The notes under the pieces are model-generated. The model was not told the origin of the DNA. It saw only the letters and a list, made by a program, of their open reading frames with translations, and made no database searches. Of a DNA stretch of 64,000 nt, positions 50,265 to 60,359 are shown one piece after another. This stretch comes from an uncultured delta proteobacterium. Lineage in GTDB: Bacteria > Desulfobacterota > Binatia > UTPRO1. Made by a program: the position numbers and the translations under genes. Position 1 is the first letter of the stretch, and each line of letters begins with the position of its first letter. The stretch is taken from contig CAVZDH010000011.1 in NCBI GenBank assembly GCA_963774015.1, positions 96,573 to 160,572 on the forward strand, read 5' to 3'.

Positions 50265-51187
50265 CGACGGCGGACGTCACCGCCGCGACGCAGGGACTGC
50301 TCGACCTCGCCGCGCTCGGGCACTTCGACGGCTTCATGCTGCACGTCCGTCGCGGCATGGGCGAGCGTCCCGGCGAACGCCGCTTTCCCGGCCGCGCCCA
50401 GCCGTCCGGCATCGAGGTCGAGGCGTACAGCGCCTACGCGCCCGGCGACGATCTCCGGCATCTCGATTGGTCCGCGATGGCACGACTCGACACGATGCTC
50501 GTCCGGCGCTTCACCGCCGAGCGCGAGGTACGCTTTCATCTCCTTCTCGACGCGAGCGCGTCGATGGACGCGCCGCCGAGCGATCGCAAGCTCGCGAGCG
50601 CCCGAGCGCTCGTGGTGACGCTCGCCTACATCGGGCTCGCCGCGAACGACGCCGTCCACGTCGCCCTCCTGCGCGGAGCCGCTCCCATCGTCACCTCGCC
50701 CGCCTTTCGGCAGCGCCGGAGCACGTTCGCCGTCACGGCACTCCTCGCCGAGGCCGACGTCGCGGGCACGGTCGACCTCGCGGCGGCGTGCGAGCACTAC
50801 GCGCGGCGGCATTCCGAGGCGGGGGCCGCGCTGCTCGTGTCCGATCTCATGACCGAGCCCACGCAGGTGGAGCGTGCCATCCTCGCGCTGCAGGCCCGAC
50901 GCTTCGAGGTGCACCTGCTGCACGTGATCGGCGCGAGCGAGCTCGATCCGGCCGGCTCCTTCACGCGCGGTGTGCTCGTGGACGTCGAGTCGGGCGCGAC
51001 GCACCCGATGGTGCTGACAACCGCCGTCGCTGCCCGTTATCGCGAGGTGCTCGAGGCTCACCTGGTCGCGCTACGCGCCGTCGCCGAACGCACTCGCTGC
51101 ACGTACGCACGCTACGTCGCCGGCAGCGATCTCGCCGCCTTCGTGACCGGCGAGCTCACGCGCACGGGACTCGTCCGGCGACGATGA
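50261..51187 (+). CDS. DUF58 domain protein (MoxR partner)
   Basis: YAPGDDLRHLDWSAMARLD and LLLDASASMD. GTG at 50261 overlaps the MoxR TGA (GTGA). Confidence 0.88.
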   Translation: MTTADVTAATQGLLDLAALGHFDGFMLHVRRGMGERPGERRFPGRAQPSGIEVEAYSAYAPGDDLRHLDWSAMARLDTMLVRRFTAEREVRFHLLLDASASMDAPPSDRKLASARALVVTLAYIGLAANDAVHVALLRGAAPIVTSPAFRQRRSTFAVTALLAEADVAGTVDLAAACEHYARRHSEAGAALLVSDLMTEPTQVERAILALQARRFEVHLLHVIGASELDPAGSFTRGVLVDVESGATHPMVLTTAVAARYREVLEAHLVALRAVAERTRCTYARYVAGSDLAAFVTGELTRTGLVRRR

Positions 51188-51197
51188 CGAGCGCGTC

Positions 51198-53084
51198 ATG
51201 AGACTCGATCACCCGGCCGGTCTCGGGGCGCTCGCCGCCGTGGCGGTGCTCGCGATCCTCTATCTCTACGATCGGCGCCGGCGGAGCATCCCGGTCGGCA
51301 CGCTCTTTCTCTGGCAGCAGGTGGAAAGCCCCCCGAGCGAACGCGAGCGCTTCCGGCCCGACCGCCTCTTCTTCGCGCAGCTCCTCGTCGTCCTGGTGTT
51401 GGTCGCCGCCTACGTGCGGCCGGTGCGTGAAGGTGCAGCGGCGCCACCCGTCGGCGCACCGCTGGTGATCGTGCTCGACGTGTCGGCGAGCATGCAGGCG
51501 AAGGAGGACGACGGAACGCGCTTCGACGCGGCACGGCGGCGGGCGCTCGCGCGCGTGGGCAACGTCGCGAGCGGCGACGACGTGATGATCGTCACCGCGG
51601 CGGCGCGGCCGCGGGTCGCGCTCGGGTGGACGGACGACCGGGCACGCATCCGTGCGGCGCTCGAAGCGCTCGCGCCGACGGACACGCCGACCGACCTGGC
51701 ACCGGCCCTCGAGCTCGCGCGCGGGCTCGCCGCCGAGCGGCCGGGCGCGGAGATTGCGGTCTTCACCGACCTCCCGCCGGAGGCGAGCGGGCTCACGCCC
51801 GACGCCCGCGCCCGCCTCGACTACGTGCAACTCGGCCGGACCGACGACAACGCCGCCATCGCCGGCATCACCGTGACGACGCCGCCGTTTCACGGACCCA
51901 GCGACGCGACCGCGACGATCGACGTGCGGAACTACGCGCGGACGAGCCGCGAGATCGTACTCGAGGCCCGCGTGGCAGGGGTGCCGTGGGCGCGACGGGC
52001 GCTCGCCATCGCCCCGCGCGCCACCGAGCACGTGCTCCTGACCGGACCGCCCGGGAGCGGGCCGCTCGAGGTCCGACTCGGCGGCGACGACGCGCTCGCG
52101 GTCGACGACCATGCCACCGCGTGGATCGGCCCGGGCGCGCCGCTCGATCTGCTGCTCGTGACCGACTCCCCCGCGCTCGCCGACGCCTTCGCCGAGGTGG
52201 CCAGCGCGCTCGCGGGAAGCCGGGTCGAGGTGACGTCGCGTGAGCGCTTCGAGACCGCGCCACCAGCCGGGCGCCGCGTCGCGCTGCTCGACGGCTTCGT
52301 ACCGGCGAGCCTCCCGCTGGCGACGAACGCCCTCTACGTCGCGCCGCCGCCCGGCAACCCCGTCTGTCCGAGCGGCGAGCGTCGTTCCGACGCCGTCGTC
52401 GTCGACTGGGACGGCGAGCATCCTGTGCTCGCGGGCCTCGGCGGACTGCAGGCGCTCGGCGTCGCGAGCGCCACGGTCCTCGGCGACACCGACTGGGGAA
52501 CCCCGATCGTGCTGGCGGCGTCCGAGCACGCGGCCTTCCCGTTGCTCGTTGCCGGCGAGCGGAACGGGCGGCGTACCGCGTGTCTCGGCGCCGAGCTCGG
52601 CGGGTCGCTGGCCTCGTCCGATCACATGCCGCTGCTGTTGTTGACGCTCGCGACACTGCGGTGGCTCGCAGAGCCGTTCGGTCCGAGCGCGCTCGAGGTC
52701 GAAACCGGGCGTCCGCGCCTCGCCGGGGCGGGACCGCTCGGTCCAGTGAGTGGCGACGGGATCGAGATCGCCGGCGAGCCGCCGGTGGTCGTCGCGGAGC
52801 GTGCCGGCGTCTACACGATCGGCCCTCCGGGCGGCGAGCGACTCGTGCTCGCCAATCTCTTCGACGATCGCGAGTCGGACATCGGACGAAGCGGTGCCGG
52901 CGAATGGCCCGCGACCGTGCACGATTCCCCACCGAAGCCGCTCCGCGACGGTCGGCCGCTGGCACCATGGCTCTACGGCGGGGCGCTCGTGCTGCTGGCC
53001 TGCGAGTGGGCGCTCTGGCGCCTCACGCAAATCCCGCGCGCAACCCCTGCGCTCCCCCCCAACGGACCATCGAGCCGCGCGTGA
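51198..53084 (+). CDS. BatA-like membrane protein with VWA domain
   Basis: Aerotolerance-regulator N-terminal pattern LAAVAVLAILYLYDRRRR and VWA MIDAS LDVSASM. Confidence 0.85.
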   Translation: MRLDHPAGLGALAAVAVLAILYLYDRRRRSIPVGTLFLWQQVESPPSERERFRPDRLFFAQLLVVLVLVAAYVRPVREGAAAPPVGAPLVIVLDVSASMQAKEDDGTRFDAARRRALARVGNVASGDDVMIVTAAARPRVALGWTDDRARIRAALEALAPTDTPTDLAPALELARGLAAERPGAEIAVFTDLPPEASGLTPDARARLDYVQLGRTDDNAAIAGITVTTPPFHGPSDATATIDVRNYARTSREIVLEARVAGVPWARRALAIAPRATEHVLLTGPPGSGPLEVRLGGDDALAVDDHATAWIGPGAPLDLLLVTDSPALADAFAEVASALAGSRVEVTSRERFETAPPAGRRVALLDGFVPASLPLATNALYVAPPPGNPVCPSGERRSDAVVVDWDGEHPVLAGLGGLQALGVASATVLGDTDWGTPIVLAASEHAAFPLLVAGERNGRRTACLGAELGGSLASSDHMPLLLLTLATLRWLAEPFGPSALEVETGRPRLAGAGPLGPVSGDGIEIAGEPPVVVAERAGVYTIGPPGGERLVLANLFDDRESDIGRSGAGEWPATVHDSPPKPLRDGRPLAPWLYGGALVLLACEWALWRLTQIPRATPALPPNGPSSRA

Positions 53085-55663
53085 CGTTCCACGTCGACAC
53101 ACCCGCGTTCTTGCTGCTGCTCGGCGTCCTGCCGCTCTTCTTCGTCCGCCGACGCAAGGTCCGTCCGACACGGACGACGCTCCTCGCGACCGTCGTGCGC
53201 GTCACCGCCGCAGCGGCACTGGTCGAGCTGCTCGCCGGGGTTCATCTCGAGCGGCCACGTCCGGAGGCCGGCACCTGCCTGGTCGCGGCCATCGACGTCT
53301 CGGCGAGCGTGCAAGGGGCGGCGATCGATCGCGCCCATGCGGTCCTCGGCTCACTCCTGACGCATCTCGGAGCCGACGACCTGATCGGATCGGTCGCGTT
53401 CGCCGCACATGCGCGGGTCGTCGCCCATCCGCGAAGCGGCGTCCGCGACGTGGCGGCATTGCTCCCACCGCGGCCGAGCGACCTCACCGGCTTCGAAAGC
53501 GGCGACACCGATCTCGCAGCCGCCTTCACGATGGCGCGCGCGCTTTGCCCGGTCGGCAAAGAAAGCGCGCTTCTCCTCTTCTCGGACGGCAACGAGACCG
53601 ACGGCAGCCTCGCGGCAGAGGTCGCTCGGGCGCGCGGACGAGCTCCGATCTACGCCTTCGCCCCGAGTGGCGCGGCGCTGCCGGCCGCCGTCATTCGTCG
53701 AGTGCTCGCGCCGAGCTACGCGCCCGAGCACACCGTCTTGCCGCTCGAGCTGGTCGTCGAGAATCGCGCGGCGAGCCCGCTGCCGGCCGAGCTGCACTTG
53801 ATCGCCAACGGCGAGCCGCTCGCGCGCGAGCGTACCCGCCTGGCGCCCGGCCTGAACGTCATTGGTCTTCCCTACCGCTTGCGCGGCGCCGGACAGTACG
53901 CGCTCGAGGCCGAGCTGTCGCTGCCGGGCGCGGCGACGACGCTGCCCGGACGAGCGAGGGCGACCGTGGCGGTCACCGCGCCGCTCCACGTCCTGGTCGT
54001 GAGCGAGCGATCGACGCCGATCGTCGCGAGCGCGCTCGCGGAGCGCGGCATGCACGTCGAGATCGTCGCCCCGCGATCGCTCACCTCGCGCGTCGAGGCG
54101 CTCGCAACGTATCACCTGGTCGTGCTCGACGACGTGGCCCGCGGCGACCTCGCCGACGCGACGCTCGAGCAGCTCGCGTCGTGGGTCGCGCGCGGGGGCG
54201 GGCTCGTCGCGACGGGCGGCGAGCACTTCTTCGGAGACGCCACCTACGCCGGGAGCGCGCTCGAGCGTGTCCTGCCGGTCATGTTGCGCGCGCAGACGGC
54301 GTCGCCACAGGAGCGCGAGCCGATCGCGATCTATCTGATCATCGACCGCTCCAACAGCATGGGCTACGCGAGCCGCCAGCCCGCGGTCCACAACGGCGAG
54401 AAGATGGCGTACGCCAAACGCGCCGCGCTCGCCGTGCTCGACCAGCTCGGCGACCGCGATCTCGTCGCGACGATCGCGTTCGACTCGCAGCCGTACGAGC
54501 TCGGCCCGTTGCTGCCGGCCGGCGAGACCCGCGCCGCGCTCGCCGCCAAGATCCAGCAGATCCAATACGGCGGGGGCACCGACTTCAAAGAGGCCCTCGA
54601 GATCGCACGCCGCAACCTGCTCGCGTCCGGCCGCACCGTCAGGCACATCATCCTGCTGACCGACGGCGACAGCAATCGCGCGGCCGAGGATCATGCCGGC
54701 GTGATCGCCGCGCTCGCGCGCGCCCAGATCACCGTCACGAGCATCCGCATCGGCACCGACACCGTGAATCTCGACTTGCTCGACGCGATCTCGCGCGCGA
54801 CCGGTGGCACGTTTCATCACGTTGAGGACGTCGAGCAATTGCCGCAGCTCATGATCCGCGACGCCCAACGTCTCCTCGGGCGGTCGACCGAGCGTCGCGA
54901 CATGGCTCCGCAGGTCGGCGAGGGCGGACCGATCCTCGCCGGCATCGACGAGCACGATTTGCCCGCGGTCTCGCGTTGGGCCTCGGTCGAGACGAAGCAC
55001 GGGGCCGAGGTGCGGCTATTCGTCGAAGACGGCGAGGCGCGTGATCCGCTGCTCGCCACGTGGCAGTACGAGCTCGGTCGCGTGGCGGTCGTACCGCTCG
55101 ACTTCCAAGGCGGCGCCGCCGCCTGGCCCGCCTGGCCAGGCTTCGCGCAGCTCTGGACCCAGCTCGCGGAGTGGACCGCGGCACGCGGGCTCGCGACGGA
55201 TCATCACCTGTCCGCAACGCGGCGCCGCGACGGCACCCTGATCGTGCTCGACACCGTCGCCGACGAGCACGGTCCGTTCACACTCCGCCTCGAGGGCGCG
55301 GACGACGTCGTGCTGCGGCAGGTCGGACCACGGAGCTTCGCCGCCACGGTGCCGAACCTGCGCGCCGGTCTCCACGCCGCGGCGCTCGCCGACGGCGCGA
55401 CGAACGGCGAGGAGCACCTCGATCTGCTCGTGCCGGCGACGGCCGAGAACGAACGCGAGCTTCGCACCGTCGGGACGAACCTTCCGCTGCTCCATGCGGT
55501 CGCGGCAGCGACGGGCGGCGCAGTCGAGCCCGAGCCGACGAGTGTGCTCGCCGCACGTCCCGGCGTCCGTCACGAGACCGTCCCGCTCGACTGGTTGCTC
55601 GTCCCGCTCGTACTGCTGCTGGTGCTCGCGGACGTCGCGATCCGCCGGCTGATGCTGCTTTGA
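53081..55663 (+). CDS. large membrane protein with two VWA domains (Bat-like)
   Basis: GTG at 53081 overlaps the upstream TGA (GTGA). FLLLLGVLPLFFVRRRK, IDVSASV, IIDRSNSMGY, and a C-terminal TM helix. Confidence 0.85.
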   Translation: MTFHVDTPAFLLLLGVLPLFFVRRRKVRPTRTTLLATVVRVTAAAALVELLAGVHLERPRPEAGTCLVAAIDVSASVQGAAIDRAHAVLGSLLTHLGADDLIGSVAFAAHARVVAHPRSGVRDVAALLPPRPSDLTGFESGDTDLAAAFTMARALCPVGKESALLLFSDGNETDGSLAAEVARARGRAPIYAFAPSGAALPAAVIRRVLAPSYAPEHTVLPLELVVENRAASPLPAELHLIANGEPLARERTRLAPGLNVIGLPYRLRGAGQYALEAELSLPGAATTLPGRARATVAVTAPLHVLVVSERSTPIVASALAERGMHVEIVAPRSLTSRVEALATYHLVVLDDVARGDLADATLEQLASWVARGGGLVATGGEHFFGDATYAGSALERVLPVMLRAQTASPQEREPIAIYLIIDRSNSMGYASRQPAVHNGEKMAYAKRAALAVLDQLGDRDLVATIAFDSQPYELGPLLPAGETRAALAAKIQQIQYGGGTDFKEALEIARRNLLASGRTVRHIILLTDGDSNRAAEDHAGVIAALARAQITVTSIRIGTDTVNLDLLDAISRATGGTFHHVEDVEQLPQLMIRDAQRLLGRSTERRDMAPQVGEGGPILAGIDEHDLPAVSRWASVETKHGAEVRLFVEDGEARDPLLATWQYELGRVAVVPLDFQGGAAAWPAWPGFAQLWTQLAEWTAARGLATDHHLSATRRRDGTLIVLDTVADEHGPFTLRLEGADDVVLRQVGPRSFAATVPNLRAGLHAAALADGATNGEEHLDLLVPATAENERELRTVGTNLPLLHAVAAATGGAVEPEPTSVLAARPGVRHETVPLDWLLVPLVLLLVLADVAIRRLMLL

Positions 55664-55696
55664 CACAGGCCATCAGAATCGGCAAAAAGCGCGCCC

Positions 55697-56050
55697 ATGA
55701 CTTACATCATCACGCGCCTCTGCCGCGATTGCGTCGATACCGCGTGCGTCACCGTCTGCCCCGTCGACTGCATCTACGCCTACAAGGGCAACGATCACGA
55801 GACGTTCCCGAACCAGCTCTACATCCACCCCGACGAGTGCATCGACTGTGGGGCATGCGAGCCGGAATGTCCGTGGCAGGCGATCTTCGAGGAGGCCGCC
55901 GTTCCGGCCGTGTTCGCCGACGACACGCCGCTCAACTACAATATGATGGACCACAAGGACGACTTCGTGGTGAGCCCGACGGAGAAGAAGGAGCACCCGA
56001 CGTCGGTGGAGATCGAGGCCAACAAGCGCAAGTGGGGCCTCGACACGTAG
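55697..56050 (+). CDS. ferredoxin (7Fe/2x[4Fe-4S]-type fold)
   Basis: [19 protein letters not shown] and [12 protein letters not shown] cluster motifs; 117 aa. Confidence 0.9.
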   Translation: MTYIITRLCRDCVDTACVTVCPVDCIYAYKGNDHETFPNQLYIHPDECIDCGACEPECPWQAIFEEAAVPAVFADDTPLNYNMMDHKDDFVVSPTEKKEHPTSVEIEANKRKWGLDT

Positions 56051-56072
56051 CGTGTCGCTGCCGATCCGATGT

Positions 56073-56095
56073 GCGGAGCGGTCGCTTCGCTCCGC
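56073..56095. terminator. hairpin GCGGAGCG-GTCGCTT-CGCTCCGC between convergent genes
   Basis: 8-bp perfect stem between the ferredoxin stop (56050) and the methyltransferase stop (56109). Weak T-tract. Confidence 0.45.
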
Positions 56096-56108
56096 CCTTC
56101 CTTGAAGC

Positions 56109-56909
56109 TCAGGCGGGTTTGGCGAACTTGAGGACGAAGCGGTCGCTGGTGCCGCGACGCGCGCCGGCGGTGCGGGGCGAGGCGCTCCAGTCGCGGCTGT
56201 CGTTCGGATTGCGCAGGAAGTCGGCGGCGGCGACGAGCCGAAAACCCGCGGCTTCGATCTCCTCGCGCACGACCTTTTCCTCGATGCGGTGCAAGGTCTG
56301 GGTCTCGGTCGCGCCGGTTCCCGGCTTGCCGGAGTGGTCGACGATCACGTAGATGCCGCCCGGCTTCAGCGCGCCGTAGATCGCGCGGTTCATCTTGGCG
56401 CGATCGGTCTTCATCCATACGGTGTCGTGGTAGAGCATCACGTTCACGACCGCATCGAGGTTCTTCACCTCCGGCGGCAGCGGCTCGTCGAACTCGCGGT
56501 CGACGCGCACGACGTTTTTCATGACCGGCTTTGCGAGCCGTTCGGTCCAGGGCTTCTCGGCGTAGCGGTCACGGATGAAGCGGTTGTTCTGGCCGTACAC
56601 GACGCCACCCGGCGCGACCGCGCGCGCGAGTAGCTCGGTCGTATAGCCGAGCCCGGCGCCGACCTCCGCGATCCGCATCCCGGGGCGAACGCCGATGAAC
56701 GCGAGCAGCTGGTCCGGGTGGCGTCCGGCATCGAGCGCGCGGTCGTCGGCCGAGCGATCGGGTGAGCCGACGATCGCTCGCGCCGTGTCGAGGACGGCCG
56801 GATCGAGCGTGGTCGGCGAGTTGATGTGGGTTTGTCGCTTCACGCATCCCGTGCCCGCGAGCAGCAGCACGAGCAGCAGAGCCTTCGTCTTGATCGTGGT
56901 TTGGCGCAT
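56109..56909 (-). CDS. exported class I SAM-dependent methyltransferase
   Basis: Signal/lipoprotein-like MRQTTIKTKALLLVLLLAGTGC and SAM motif IAEVGAGLGYTTELL. Confidence 0.8.
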   Translation of the reverse strand: MRQTTIKTKALLLVLLLAGTGCVKRQTHINSPTTLDPAVLDTARAIVGSPDRSADDRALDAGRHPDQLLAFIGVRPGMRIAEVGAGLGYTTELLARAVAPGGVVYGQNNRFIRDRYAEKPWTERLAKPVMKNVVRVDREFDEPLPPEVKNLDAVVNVMLYHDTVWMKTDRAKMNRAIYGALKPGGIYVIVDHSGKPGTGATETQTLHRIEEKVVREEIEAAGFRLVAAADFLRNPNDSRDWSASPRTAGARRGTSDRFVLKFAKPA

Positions 56910-56924
56910 GTCGGGCGGACTACC

Positions 56925-57521
56925 TCAGCGGTCCGACTGGTTCAACGTAGGTCCGACGCCGCCCCACGCGAGCTTCACGAAGATCCACACGTGGGTGGCC
57001 GCGACGAGCGGCACGAGGAACGTGGGAAGGAGGCTCAGCGGCAGGACGAGCAGCAAACGCATGGAGCTCGGATCGGCGAGGCCGAGCCGCGCCGCCGTCA
57101 CGACGACGAAGACGATGTCGGCCATACCGAGCACGTTCCAGGCGAGCACGAGACCGCGGCGCGCCATCGACCGCGGCGCGAGCAGCAGCACGACCGCACC
57201 GATCGCGACGAGCACGTCGCCGCACCCGCCCTTCACCGCGAAGTCGTACGGCAGCTGGCCGCGGGCGTAGAGCACGAAGAAATAGACGCCGACGAACCTC
57301 GTCACGTGCACGGCGACGAGACGGCGGAGGCCGAGCGCACCGAGCCAGTGGCGAAAGCCCGGCAGCACGGCGCCGTTCAGGAGGAGAAGCAGCGTGAGGC
57401 CGGCCGCGATCAGTTGCGGCGCGGGCGGCGCGAGGAGCGCGAGCCGTCCCGAGTCGCCGAGCGCGAACGCCGCGAAGAACCAGACGACGAGAACGATCGG
57501 ATAGAAACGGTCCGCGCGCAT
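56925..57521 (-). CDS. hypothetical polytopic membrane protein
   Basis: 198 aa with about 6 TM segments. No family recognised. Confidence 0.65.
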   Translation of the reverse strand: MRADRFYPIVLVVWFFAAFALGDSGRLALLAPPAPQLIAAGLTLLLLLNGAVLPGFRHWLGALGLRRLVAVHVTRFVGVYFFVLYARGQLPYDFAVKGGCGDVLVAIGAVVLLLAPRSMARRGLVLAWNVLGMADIVFVVVTAARLGLADPSSMRLLLVLPLSLLPTFLVPLVAATHVWIFVKLAWGGVGPTLNQSDR

Positions 57522-57528
57522 ACGACGG

Positions 57529-58176
57529 TCAGTGGGGATCCGCCGTGAGATAGGTGCCGACCAAGCGCACGATCTCGTCGACGTACACGTCGAGGCCGCG
57601 CTCGTGCTGGCGGTCGCCGTGCAGGACGAGATTGTGGGTGAGCGCTTCGACGGTCTTCACGACGACCGCGGCGGCGAGCGCCGGATCGGGGACGCGCACT
57701 TCGGGACTCGTGCGCAGCAGCAACTCGATCCGGTCGGCGACGCGATCCTCGATCTCGGAGAGCAGGTCGCGAAGCCGACGCGGCAATGGGGCCTCCTCGA
57801 ACAGCACGCGGTGCAACGCCCGGTCGCGGGCGTGCAGCTCGACCATCGCACGCACGAGATGACGAATCGTCGCGACGAGCGGCTGCGGCGTGGCCGCGAT
57901 CTCCGCGGCGGCGCGCGCCAGCACGGCCTCACCGTCGTGCAGATGCGCCTCCATCAGCGCCACGAGCAACGCGTCCTTGCTCGAGAAATACTCGTACAGG
58001 CTCCCGATCGAGACCCCGGCCCGCTCGGCGATGTGATTGGTCGTGGCGCCGGCGTATCCACGCCGTGCGAAAACCTGAGCTGCCGCCCGCAACATGGCCG
58101 CGACGGTGCGTTGCGAGCGCGCCTGACGCGGCCGTTTTCGCGGGCGAAGACGTTCGAAACGACGGGCGATCGGCAT
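57529..58176 (-). CDS. TetR family transcriptional regulator
   Basis: ATG at 58176. HTH FARRGYAGATTNHIAERAGVSIGSLYEYFSSKDALL. Confidence 0.9.
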   Translation of the reverse strand: MPIARRFERLRPRKRPRQARSQRTVAAMLRAAAQVFARRGYAGATTNHIAERAGVSIGSLYEYFSSKDALLVALMEAHLHDGEAVLARAAAEIAATPQPLVATIRHLVRAMVELHARDRALHRVLFEEAPLPRRLRDLLSEIEDRVADRIELLLRTSPEVRVPDPALAAAVVVKTVEALTHNLVLHGDRQHERGLDVYVDEIVRLVGTYLTADPH

Positions 58177-58201
58177 GGCGGCAAACGCGAGTAGCGAATC
58201 T

Positions 58202-58213
58202 GAGTAATTGCTC
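58202..58213. promoter_or_regulatory. near-palindrome GAGTAATTGCTC in the TetR/ICMT divergent gap (candidate operator)
   Basis: 12-mer with one mismatched pair, in an AT-rich 68-nt intergenic region. Confidence 0.25.
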
Positions 58214-58244
58214 GTATCTTTCGTCCTTCGGGAGGTCAACCGCC

Positions 58245-58850
58245 ATGCCAGTCGTCGCGCTCGCCGGATACGCCCTCTACGTCGCCCTCGCGTTCGGACT
58301 GCGCGCGCTGCTGCACTACCGCGCCACCGGCACCACCGGGTACGTCGGCCTGTCGGGCCGCCCGGGCTCGGCGGAGTGGTGCGCCGGCGTGCTTTTCGGC
58401 GTCGCCGCCATCGGCGCCGGGCTCGCGCCCGCGGCACAACTCGTCGGCCTCGTCCGTCCCTGGAGCATCGTCGCGCCGGCGGCCGACGCGCTCGTCGGCG
58501 TCGCGTGCGCGACGATCGGCATCGTGGGCACGTTCGCCGCACAGCTCGCGATGGGTCGCTCGTGGCGCATCGGCATCGACCGCGCGACACCGACCGATCT
58601 GATCGCGCGCGGACCCTTCCGTGTCGTACGGAATCCGATCTTCACTTGGATGACGGTCACGAGCGTCGGATTGGCGCTCGTAGCGCCGAACCTGCTCGCG
58701 CTGGCGTCCGTCGTCACGCTCCTGATCGCGCTCGAAATCCAGGTGCGCGCCGTCGAGGAGCCGTACCTCCTGCGCACCCACGGCGAACGCTATCGCCGTT
58801 ACGCAGCTGCGACGGGACGGTTCGTGCCGGGAGTCGGGCGCCTCGAGTGA
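58245..58850 (+). CDS. isoprenylcysteine carboxyl / phospholipid methyltransferase family membrane protein
   Basis: ATG at 58245 after a GGGAGG SD. RGPFRVVRNPIFTW and EEPYLLRTHGERYRRY signatures. Confidence 0.82.
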   Translation: MPVVALAGYALYVALAFGLRALLHYRATGTTGYVGLSGRPGSAEWCAGVLFGVAAIGAGLAPAAQLVGLVRPWSIVAPAADALVGVACATIGIVGTFAAQLAMGRSWRIGIDRATPTDLIARGPFRVVRNPIFTWMTVTSVGLALVAPNLLALASVVTLLIALEIQVRAVEEPYLLRTHGERYRRYAAATGRFVPGVGRLE

Positions 58851-58862
58851 CCGGCTCGGTCG

Positions 58863-60284
58863 TCAGTCTCCGAGCGTCCGGACGTAGAGGTTTCGAATCT
58901 CCGCGACGTGCCGGTCGATGTCCTCGGGCCTCCAGTCGGTCGTCGCGATCGGCGGATGCACCACCACCTCGATCGTCGTCGGCCGCACGATGATGCCGTG
59001 CTTCGGGAGGGCGTCGAGCGTGTTGCGCAGCACGATCGGGACGATCGGCACTCCTGCCGCCATCGCCATGTGAAAGGCACCCTTCTTGAAGCGCCCGAGG
59101 TGGCCGGTCGCGCTGCGCGTGCCTTCGGGTGCGAGCACGAGCGAAAGGCCCTCGCGGATCGATTCGACGACGGGCTTCAGCGCGGCGACGGCCTTGTCGT
59201 GGTTGAACCGATCGATGAAGACCGTCCCGGCGGCGGCGAACACGGGGCCGAAAATCGGATTCCGCCGCACCTCCTGCTTCGCGACGGCGATGATGTCGCG
59301 GCGGAGCAAGCGACAGAGCACCAGCATGTCGATGCCGCTCTGATGGTTGAAGATGAATACCGCCGGACGGTGCGACCAGAGGTGCTCCTCGCCCGTCACC
59401 GCGACGTCGACGCCGACGAGCGCGGTGCCGAGCTCGCCCCACGTCGTGATCGCGATGTTGATGGCGCGCCGCCAGCTCCATCCCAGCACCGCGGCGGGCA
59501 CACCCAACATCAATGAGGGAAAGAGCGCGCCGACGGCGAGCGAGGTGCGCACCACGTCGAGCGGTCCCGGCGTACCCCGGCTCGTGAACCGGTTCACGGG
59601 CCAGCCGCGCTTGGCGGCGATCTCCGCCAGCCGACTCGACGGGTTCGTGGGGCGCGGCCTCCCGACGATCTCGAGCAGGGGAAGATCTTCGTCGCTATCG
59701 GTATAGAAATAACTCTGGCCGAAATCGATGCCCCGGGTGGCGGCGAAGTCGAGCGCCGCCGTCGCCTTGCCCTCGCCGTAGCAGGTGGGCTCGATGACGC
59801 GGCCCGTGAACTTGCCGTTCTGCACCTCGAGCTGGGTGCAGAGGACGTGCTCGATGCCGAAGTCGCGGGCCAAGGGATCGATCTGGTAGCGCGTGGCGGA
59901 GGAGACCACGGCGATCGTGTGGCCCTTGCGGCGATGGGCCTGCACGAGCGCGCGCCCCTCGGGATAGACGTCGGCGGCGAGGTGCTCGATGAACATGTGC
60001 TCGGCGTGTGATTGGAGCTCGGACTCGGGTATGCCGCGCAGGCGCTCCATGGTGCTCGCGACGAAGCCCGAAAAACCGATCTGCCGCAGCTGGAAGAGCG
60101 TCGCGGCCAAGATCGTCTGCGCGAAATGCCTGGCGCTCATGCGGCCGGCGAGCACGTCCTCGCGGATGAAGTGGGCGGCGGAGAACCCGGCGAGCAAGGT
60201 ACGGTCGAGATCGAAGAACGCGGCGATGTGCGGGCCGGAAGCGCCTTCGTCGACCTCGCGCGTGAGCTCGGCGTGGAGCGTCAT
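58863..60284 (-). CDS. fusion protein: HAD-IB (SerB-like) phosphatase + 1-acyl-sn-glycerol-3-phosphate acyltransferase (PlsC-like)
   Basis: HAD motif I FFDLDRTL, acyltransferase FNHQSGIDM, and later PEGTRS. Confidence 0.88.
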   Translation of the reverse strand: MTLHAELTREVDEGASGPHIAAFFDLDRTLLAGFSAAHFIREDVLAGRMSARHFAQTILAATLFQLRQIGFSGFVASTMERLRGIPESELQSHAEHMFIEHLAADVYPEGRALVQAHRRKGHTIAVVSSATRYQIDPLARDFGIEHVLCTQLEVQNGKFTGRVIEPTCYGEGKATAALDFAATRGIDFGQSYFYTDSDEDLPLLEIVGRPRPTNPSSRLAEIAAKRGWPVNRFTSRGTPGPLDVVRTSLAVGALFPSLMLGVPAAVLGWSWRRAINIAITTWGELGTALVGVDVAVTGEEHLWSHRPAVFIFNHQSGIDMLVLCRLLRRDIIAVAKQEVRRNPIFGPVFAAAGTVFIDRFNHDKAVAALKPVVESIREGLSLVLAPEGTRSATGHLGRFKKGAFHMAMAAGVPIVPIVLRNTLDALPKHGIIVRPTTIEVVVHPPIATTDWRPEDIDRHVAEIRNLYVRTLGD

Positions 60285-60359
60285 GAGGGAAGCTTCTTAG
60301 CAACGAAGTGCAGCCAGCGCACGGGTCGTCCGCCCCGTTCCGGGGGCCCGACCCGTGGC

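Noticed and set aside
47659-53171. Long antisense ORFs (47659..49230, 48873..50168, 51156..53171) across the MoxR operon
   Set aside because: They lie opposite genes with Walker, DUF58 and VWA motifs. The translations are Arg/Gly/Asp-rich with no motifs. This is the usual high-GC antisense open-frame effect.
56041-56057. Hairpin CGACACG-TAG-CGTGTCG enclosing the ferredoxin stop codon
   Set aside because: It is a short 7-bp stem with a 3-nt loop. Structures like this are expected by chance in GC-rich DNA, and the stronger hairpin at 56073-56095 explains termination.
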